A stretch of DNA of 58,021 nucleotides, filler included, from Sphacelaria rigidula (taxonomy: Eukaryota): the NCBI GenBank assembly GCA_964200075.2. It is 9 parts of 9 records of this genome, joined end to end, with 100 filler letters (N's around TTAATTAATTAA, not from the genome) between each part and the next. Parts side by side here need not be neighbours in the genome. Positions count along the whole stretch, not along the records: positions 45,207 to 51,564 come from CAXNAA020020557.1; positions 51,665 to 58,021 come from CAXNAA020020558.1; 7 more parts are not named here. One strand, written 5' to 3'. Shown piece after piece: positions 49,996-58,021 of this stretch (positions within the stretch are counted from its first letter, which is position 1; every line of letters begins with the position of its first letter). The translations under genes and the position numbers were made by a program. A model generated the notes under the pieces. The model saw only the letters and a list, made by a program, of their open reading frames with translations. It made no database searches and had not been told where the DNA came from.

Positions 49996-50879
49996 TCTGT
50001 CTGCATGTTGTTCGGACCATCGTTCATCAGCAACATTTTTTGCTGATGTACAATAATAGGTTGTTTGTACCAGTGTATGTACCGCATTTGGGCAAAATGC
50101 AGCGCAAACATCAGTATTTAGAAGCAGAGTATGCTGCAGCAGAGCTGAGCGTAGAGTTCTCGCAACAGCCATCGCTGCGCGCAGACCGGCAGCAGTCGAC
50201 AAACATGCAGCCCATGGGAAGGGGGTGGTTGTGAACAACGACGTCAAACCAATATGCTCCGCGTGTCAAGACGCGGAAGAAAGTTACGACCAAGATCTGG
50301 CGCGGTCCGCAGCCACGCGCACCGGTTTGAATCCGACCCACCACGGTCACAGTATTCGGTATACTTCCAGTACGACTGCAGCTCAGACAGCTGCGCGTGC
50401 AGTGGTGTGCAGCGCCAGTTCAGTTAGTAGCAGGAAATTTTGCATTAGGTAGACGCCTCGAGCGTTCGGCAGCTTTGCTCAAGGCAAGTGTGGGGGTCGA
50501 GCAAAAAAACTGTCAACTTGGCGCAGTGCACGCGCCGCCCTTCTCGTATGAGCTTTGGCCTTCTTAATAGCAGTTTTTGCTCCTGCGCGCGTGTACAATG
50601 ATCTTGTGGTCTCTTGGACGCCGCTTGCAAGGTTGTTGATGTCTTTACTAAATATAGAGTTCGGCATTGGGTCTGAATATGCCCCGAATAGGATATGGAT
50701 ATATTCAAGGGGCAGTCGAAAAAACAATTCTAGACACGTAGACCCCAAGATCGAAAATTCGAGTTTTTGAGGGGGGGGTGGGGGGTAAGGGGGGGGAGGG
50801 GGGGGAACACCAAGCCGTGCGTCCCCTGGTTTGCCGAAGCGTTGGCGGATGCGGTCAGCTACCACCGGAGACAGTAGAG

Positions 50880-51295
50880 ATCATTTTTAATTATATCTTA
50901 TATACCATATTTCATATATTATATTTCATATATTCTATCTCGTATACTATATTTCATACATTCTATCTCATATATTATATTTCAAATTTTATGTTTCATA
51001 TTTATATTCCATATATTACATCTCGTAAATTATATTTCATATATTATATCATATAACATAGGTCTCTATATATTGTATATATCATATCATATAACATAGG
51101 TCTATATATTATATACCATATATTATAAGTCATATAAATAGGTTTATATTATTGGTCTATATTATACATATTCTTCTCCTTGATAAATACTATGTTGTTT
51201 ATATTATATACAATATATGTATATGTTATATATTTATATATAAATATATATCAAGGGGCAGTATATACTATATTATATATTATATAAATATGTAA
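50880..51295. repeat. AT-rich low-complexity (degenerate TA microsatellite)
   Basis: TATAT/CATAT-dominated tract. Confidence 0.9.
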
Positions 51296-51564
51296 AGGAG
51301 CAGAAGCAAACATACACCCCGCAAAGCCCACCGAACTTTTCGGATTTTGTCGATGTTCATTGATCAATTTATTGAAACAAAGTTAACAGGAAAGCAAAAA
51401 ATCAGGATACTTTTGATTGTCGAAAAAACGCCCTTCGGCATCTGAGGTCATCGGGACAGAACAGGCAAGGAGCAGAAGCAGATATAAACAGTGTGACGGT
51501 TTAAGAGACAACCAACTAGACTACTGACAAGTCAGCGCTGACTTGGTCAGTAGTCTAGTTGGTT

Positions 51565-51664
51565 NNNNNNNNNNNNNNNNNNNNNNNNNNNNNNNNNNNN
51601 NNNNNNNNTTAATTAATTAANNNNNNNNNNNNNNNNNNNNNNNNNNNNNNNNNNNNNNNNNNNN
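51565..51664. other. Artificial contig-joining spacer
   Basis: N44-TTAATTAATTAA-N44. Confidence 0.99.
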
Positions 51665-53329
51665 TATCTTCCCTGCAATAGAGAAATGCGATTTCAACCT
51701 CATTTTTTGTTTCAACCCCAAAAATTAGGATCCGCTGTTAACTGGCGGTGAGATCGATCAGAGGGAAGCCCGAGTCCGGTCATGCCAGGGCCATAGGTTG
51801 ACGGCTTGCACAAGACCCACTAAGAAGTTCAACTCTAGTTGTAAAATACGCATCGTCTGAGGTGACAACGCCACTCGTAAGATCCGGGCCAATTTCTAGC
51901 AACGAATGGATATGTGTTCGCTGTACCTCCTGAACTATAGTTTTGATATATACTCTGGGGTGGTCTTATGGGGCCTGGGGATATGGGCACTGGTCTTGGG
52001 TATTCTCCAATGTTGGAGCGTCAGGGCTACGTGTCTCGTAAAGCGCTATGGGGGTACGACTAGTAGGGTGGCCGTCGTGGTGGAAGCGGGATCGGCTGTG
52101 ATGTCGGTAGGGGGGGGGGGGGGGGGTGCATTGCCGGCTTGGTAGTGGATGTCCTACGCGCGGGGTCGGCAGATATTTCAGCCCTGCACTGCGATGTGTG
52201 TGCCGATAACCTACAGTAGTGGACAAAAGGGGCGACCGGTTTCGCCGTCGGACGTGGTTCCGGTGACTACATCAGCGGAACTTACGTCCGATACATCAAC
52301 AGATGCATTGGAAACAGACATGGTCTCCTCGGATTTATCGGGAGACACGTTGTTGGGGGCCCAGGTTCGAAACATAGGGGACGAATCGTCAGTTACCCGC
52401 GTGAGGCTGTCGTGGTGTGAGGTCGCCAGTGGCGGATCCGCACGTGAACGCGACAACGAGCCGCCAGTAGGTAGGGTGGACTCGTGGCTTAACATGTTCT
52501 GCCTCGACCTCTTTGTTGGTGCTGGCTCAGGGGGCAACGGGGGGGGGGAGGCAGAGGGTGGTAGCGGCACATCCTTTACCTGGGGCGTGCCGTCATGACT
52601 TGGCGCTGTTGGGAGGTTCTCAAGAGTGGTCCGTGACGGTGTCAGCTCGTGGCTTACCGACCGGTCACTACGGGGGGTCCATTTCCAACCCATGGAGCAA
52701 CGGAAAGCGCGGGTTCCCTGTGGTCATGATCCACAGTGGAATAACTATGCCCAACTAAAAAGGAGCCCGACGCCCTGAGGACGTCTGGGCTAACATGTAC
52801 CCTTTGGTGGATAGTCGTAGGGGCAGCAACACAATGGCTGCGAGACAGCTTCTCTTATGGCATGTGGGTACCGGCAGAAGTCGTGGCCTCCCATCTCGGT
52901 GGTCGGGGAGGAGTTAGCTGCTAACTGTTCGAACTATGAAGTGGTTCACTAGAGTGATCAATTCCAATGGTGGAAGAACACAATTCTTCACGGTAAGAGC
53001 TATATCCACGCGTGGTTTCGCGTGATCTCGCCTGAGTGGAACCCTTGACCCGGGGCTGATCGGACCCGTTGTACCACACCACAAGCCTGAGCTAGCGACG
53101 GCCGATGTTGACTCGGTTTTGAAGTGTGGGACCGCCGGCCGCCTGACATCCCAGCTGAAGCCCCATGCATTATTTTATTAGGCCTAGCCGCCTCCGAGAA
53201 GGCAGCCTCACTGCACTTTTCCCGTTACGTTCTCACGAACAGAGGCTCGAGCCGTATGTGCCCGATTGCAATGCACAGCAGCTGTGCAGCAACAAATCAG
53301 CCCAAATTCAAACCACAGTAAGTAGTTCA

Positions 53330-53900
53330 GTGCAGGTGTTCACAGATATGGATTATCCCCTTGTAGTTTACAATATGAACCAGAGCCAATAGTTCCCCGC
53401 GACTATAAAGCTTACTGGTAAGGACTCACTTGAAGCTCAGAGCAACGGTGGCCAAAGCTGATGGTGTCCGGTGTCCGAGAGAGAGAGTGATCATGGGAGG
53501 CACTCGACGCAACTACATGAAGTATCTTACGCTCCGAATTATATCCATGCCCCGTCATGATGCAGACAATAGAAAAGCCGATGACAGGAAAATCCTCAAC
53601 CCAAAGAACGTTCCAGCAACACTATCTGTTGTGCACATTGACATTCAATGCGCAGCAAAGACAATTCAACCATGCAACTTGTATCTCGTATCGACCGCTG
53701 TCAACAATTTGGAGCATCGAAATAAATATTTCAAGAAGCTGTCGTCCCTCAACGGCTCAATCAAAGCTTCATGTCCAAGCGTTGCTTTACTCGGAGACAT
53801 GTGTGCCCGAACGGTTACTGACCCCGAGGCCAGTCCCGTCAAATACCATGGCGCGTAGCTCCCGAACAACTTTCAACTCAACTTTTGGTCGTAGCACCTA
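53330..53900 (+). pseudogene. Decayed APE-type endonuclease of a LINE ORF2
   Basis: TLSVVHIDI..TIQPCNLYL..RNKYFKKLSSL..SIKASCPSVALLGDMCART resembles the APE motif ...IILGDFNAR. Stops up- and downstream. Confidence 0.5.
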
Positions 53901-56109
53901 TACTGTGCCACCCACGCCGTAAGATGGGCCAGCTCTGGGCAGCGAGTAGGCACGGTATCCACAGACGTATGTTTTGCCCGACACGTGCAGAATCGATAGA
54001 CGCGCAACTACGGGTTTTTCGAATCTCGGTCATCACAGACGCTTATGCAAAACAACACTGTAGACAAGATCAGGCAGCTGGTGGTGGGAGGGAAGCTGTT
54101 GATATAGACCGGGGGGGGGGAGAGAAAAGCAAAGAGAATATGCACCCGGCGTCGATCCCATTTTCACAAGCGCACAGTCAGTAGAATACACACGCACGAT
54201 ATTATCTCGATTGAAACTAATTTGATCGTAGCGGATGGCCTGATTTTCTTCGAATGCAGCCGCGGTCACGAGATGAACGCACTTAACGCGAACACAAGGA
54301 GATGACAAGTGATGGAAGGAGACGGAAGCAGGCACCAAGGAAGTGACATATGCGAAGGTCCGATTCCGATCACGATCCCCCTTTCTTTCGCTACCCCGCG
54401 CCCCCGTATTGATGCGGATGGCTGTGGCAGCGCATTCGTCCGAAGGGGGAACATCCGGAACACTCCCAGTTCAGATCTTCTTGTCAACTCGGAGCAGTTC
54501 AGGCTTTGGGCGAAACGGAAGAAAACACAGCAAGATTGAGTGCTATTTATAAGATAGTTTATTACATTGTGCCATGTACCTACTACGAGCGCTGTCTATC
54601 GCGTGGAGTAGTCGTGCATATGTTTCGCCGCCTTGAGAGTAGCGGCAAAGATCCAATGATGCTCAGGTCAGGGTACGGGTGCGAGTACGGCTCAGTGTAC
54701 TGCGCCCTGGACTACCCTAAATCATGTTTCCCGCAGTGGAGGCTGATACTCGTAGGTACGTGCTCACAAGGGAAACACTAGCACAAGCCGAGCATCATTC
54801 TAAGGTCGACCTGACTTCTCGGCTCTCCCGTGCTGGTGATTACTGTCTGTCCTCGTGCTTTTTTTGTTGTCGTCATCGCTGATTGTCGTGATGATGCACG
54901 GAGGGCAGTAGGCTTCGGGAAATCAACGCGTCGTGGTTCGTTTGTTCGTTGACTCATTTCTCCGGGCTATTATTTGTTCTCCTGTGAGATTAGAAACCTC
55001 CTCCTCCTTTCCACTCCCCCCCGTTTTTTCACGCACACATCCGTGCAGTACCCTCATTTAACCGCTACATATATAGGGTACAGTTTCGCGCTGCTTTTCC
55101 CGTGGAGTGTGTCAAACGGGTGATGCCTTCATAATTGGATAATTGGGATAACAGGTCAGAGTGCGTACATACGTGTACCTCGGTAGAGCTCGGCCTTTTG
55201 TTTGGTTATTCGATCGTCATTGCGAGCTTCATTTGTTGTGTCTGTGTGTGCTTTCTTTTGTTCTCAAGACACAAATATACGGCGTGGGTGTGTTTGTGTT
55301 TTGTTATTTTTTCGCCGAGGCATCAGGGTGCTGTATATGGCACGAGGATGGAGGCAGCGGCAGTGGTTTTGTGACGATAGCATTTTCGGTGAAGCACGTG
55401 CGACGGTATCGTATGGTGCAAATTCATGTTCTGGAGGGAGGTAGATACGGATACAAGGAAGCAGAGGAGATACATGTGGTAGCTTCTTGTCGTGGCTTAT
55501 GGTGTTTCTTTTGCTTGTGGTCGTGTGTCTCGTGACTTTTTCCCCCTCCCCCTTCCCCAATTCCCCACGTGGTACAGCGTACTGTAGGTTCCTGATGATG
55601 CCGATTATCATGTGGCGCTGAGTAGCGCAAGTGTGTCGGTTGCGTTGAGGTTTAGTGAGATAAGGAAGGAATAATGTAGGAAGTGTCTCTTCTCCTCGGA
55701 GTTCTAAAAAATGCAGAATATAAAGAAAGTGCGAGGTTATGAACAGCAAGAGAAGTGCCCTGCCCAATCCCCACTCTGATGGGCTGGCATCATGGTCATC
55801 GTGTTTTCGGCTGTTTCACGCGTTTGGGCGAAAGGCGTGCAAAACATGAACTGCTGATGTTGGGTACATACACCGAAGATTTCGGCTAGCTTTGAGTCAA
55901 GTACTACATTGTTCTATGATACAACGGCTTGGCGTTTCGAGGTCCGTCGGAAGGCTACGTCGACGCAGTAGGTATCTTGCGTATGTCGCACAGACCATTG
56001 TGGGAGAAAACGACAGCGGACGATGGTTCTATTAGCTTTGAAGTAGGTCAGTAGTTGAAGCAGGTTTTGGGCTTTCCGGTTTTCGGTTATTGTTTTTTTC
56101 TTAGCATCT

Positions 56110-56455
56110 ATTAAGAATATTGTTTCGGGTCGTGTTCAGACCGCCCATGTAGCTCGTTTGCGTTTTTATGCAGACTCGCAGCTTAATGTTACGGCTGACG
56201 TTAAGGGGGTGTTCCAGCACGCTTCCAATCAGGGGCAATTTCAGATGGCTGATATTGTCCGAGTGAAAGAAGCAGATGATCATTCGTTGATCGTGTGGTC
56301 GACTGGGTTGGTTTCGAAGTTGAGGAGCGTACGTGGGAGTTTTTGAAGGATATGTTTGAGGCCGCTCCGGAATTTCTCACGAAAGAGTTGCGTAAATTGC
56401 GCGTGACTCGTGCCGTTGCTGTTCGCATTACGCGTGAGTTTGGTATTCAGTTATG
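56110..56455 (+). pseudogene. Gypsy integrase C-terminus with chromodomain (frameshift near 56292)
   Basis: IKNIVSGRVQTAHVARLRFYAD...VDWVGFEVEERTWEFLKDMFEAAPEFL...L*: post-integrase H.SRL.FY motif plus chromodomain W.GF...TWE. Confidence 0.75.
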
Positions 56456-56530
56456 ACTTGCTCATCGATTTGGCGTTCTCTGTGTCTCCAGCTTGTTGCT
56501 CGATTTTCATCCAAAGCGCTTTGGGGGTGC

Positions 56531-57370
56531 TGTGACGAAAATACGCTGTTTCGTTGAGTTCGTAGAGATAATATGGATAATGACTGAGGCCACGGAGATT
56601 CTGCGGGGTTCTGGATAATGACCGGGGACACGGAGATGATACTTGCATGTCTAGAAGCTGGTGCCTTCGAAGGTCACTCCGATAATATGAGATATTGTAA
56701 AGGCTGACAACTGAAACTGAGGCCAGTGCGACTGGGGAGTCCCTCAACAGCAGTGATCCAGCAGTCCTAATTCCACGCAAGGGAGTATTTAGCGTGGAGG
56801 GTTATGAACTACAGGGGTATCAGGACTCTAATATTGGAACTGAATCCTCAACTTTGTTCACAGACATTATCAGCTGTTGTCGTTCGAGATGGTATCACAC
56901 AGACAGCAGTAATAGCACTCTGGTGCTCGTAACGCATGAATGATACTATTTGCGCTGTGGCGAAATCACGCCGTCACGGTTGAGTGTATAATGGATCCTG
57001 GATGATGGCCAGGGGACAAGGGCATCCTGTGGATGATGACCCTTGCTGTGTAGCCAAGGCCTGATGGTACGGGGCTGCAGATGTTTACTCCGGTAATGAT
57101 AAGGTGTTGTGAAGGCTGGAAAAAAAATAGTTACTCATGTATTAACCCTCAGCATAGTACAGGAGAACAAGACTATAGCCTCTCTCCACCAGCGTAGCAA
57201 AACCGGGCTCTCTCACCATAGAGGTCCCATCACAGAGTCCGGCAATCAGACCCGCAACTCCACGTACACAATGTCCCAAACCTTAAGTAACAATGGTGAC
57301 TAGAGTACCCCCAAAGCTCTCTACTACCAACCAGTCAGAAGTCTAGTTGGTTGTCTCTTAAACCGTCACA
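56531..57370 (+). mobile_element. Putative 3' LTR (840 bp) of the chromodomain-Gypsy element
   Basis: Starts TGTGACG just after the pol stop and a short G-rich tract, and ends CGTCACA (7-bp terminal inverted repeat). The 3' end recurs in reverse complement at 51492-51528. Confidence 0.7.
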
Positions 57371-58021
57371 GCGCTTAGGGTATTCAGTTATGTTGGTACC
57401 TGCGTAGCACACTTGCCCCACTACTACAACAGTCATATCGTAGTTTTCAGCAGTACACCTGGTCACGTCTACTTGAGTGCAAGCCATACTTCCATGCATG
57501 CTAGGGTTCCTCTCAAAATCAAAAACAAACCCGTACACGTTTTCACAACATCCCCCAGATGTCCAAAATGGCCAAACTGGCGTGCCACCTCCGTTGCATA
57601 GTCGGTAATGAACTGTGCGCTTCGGGCTCTAGCTCCACCGTTGACACATGGTACAGGACAACGAAGAATGCAAAAACGCCATAAGTAGTGACGACAAGGC
57701 GCCGCTTTTGTGCTGTCAGCTACACAGCACGCCGCGCGTCCAACTGATATCCCATGATTGCAGCATGCAGCTGCTTCCATCTAGATCCCCTCCCCTCCCC
57801 TCCCCTCCCGCCCCTTCCCACCAACCCAGAATGACCCCTCTTGTGCCGGTCTCTTGCTTTGGACTGGAGATGGGATCAATAAAAAAAGGTCGCCCCGTCG
57901 ATGGTAAGTACATTCCCAGTGTTCCTGTGTCCCGAATTTTGAGCATGCCGTCTATCCCCCCCCCCCCCCCCCCCCCCCACCCCTTTCCGCTCCGAAACTA
58001 AAACAAGTAGTTCGTGTCAGG

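Noticed and set aside
6359..51664. Regularly spaced TTAATTAATTAA motif as a biological array
   Set aside because: Embedded in N runs at exact 6458-bp intervals; a standard six-frame-stop assembly linker.
52149..52760. Gene in overlapping 149-160 aa ORFs
   Set aside because: S/P/T-rich low complexity, flanked by stops, no splice or domain support.

Overview
This is not one continuous locus. The window is nine unrelated contigs (eight of exactly 6358 bp and a last one of 6357 bp) joined by eight artificial 100-bp spacers (N44-TTAATTAATTAA-N44), as in a size-sorted pseudo-scaffold of unplaced contigs. The DNA is eukaryotic, gene-poor, intron-containing and dominated by repeats. A brown alga or related stramenopile is my best inference, from short GC-rich exons, TTAGGG-like tracts and the repeat types. 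Two host genes are recognisable: three spliceable exons of a heat-shock-factor (HSF)-type transcription factor with an unusually long wing loop (20160-21236, minus) and one exon of GatB (44858-45073, plus). The rest is decayed transposable elements and small repeats. These include a tyrosine-recombinase (DIRS/Ngaro-type) retrotransposon, a gag-only element with 117-bp direct repeats, a Copia remnant, a chromodomain-Gypsy 3' end with an 840-bp LTR, LINE fragments, tRNA-derived SINE heads and several MITE families, some with clear target-site duplications. I found no CRISPR array, operon or other convincing novel multi-gene system; the best leads are the small mobile-element families and the HSF wing insertion.
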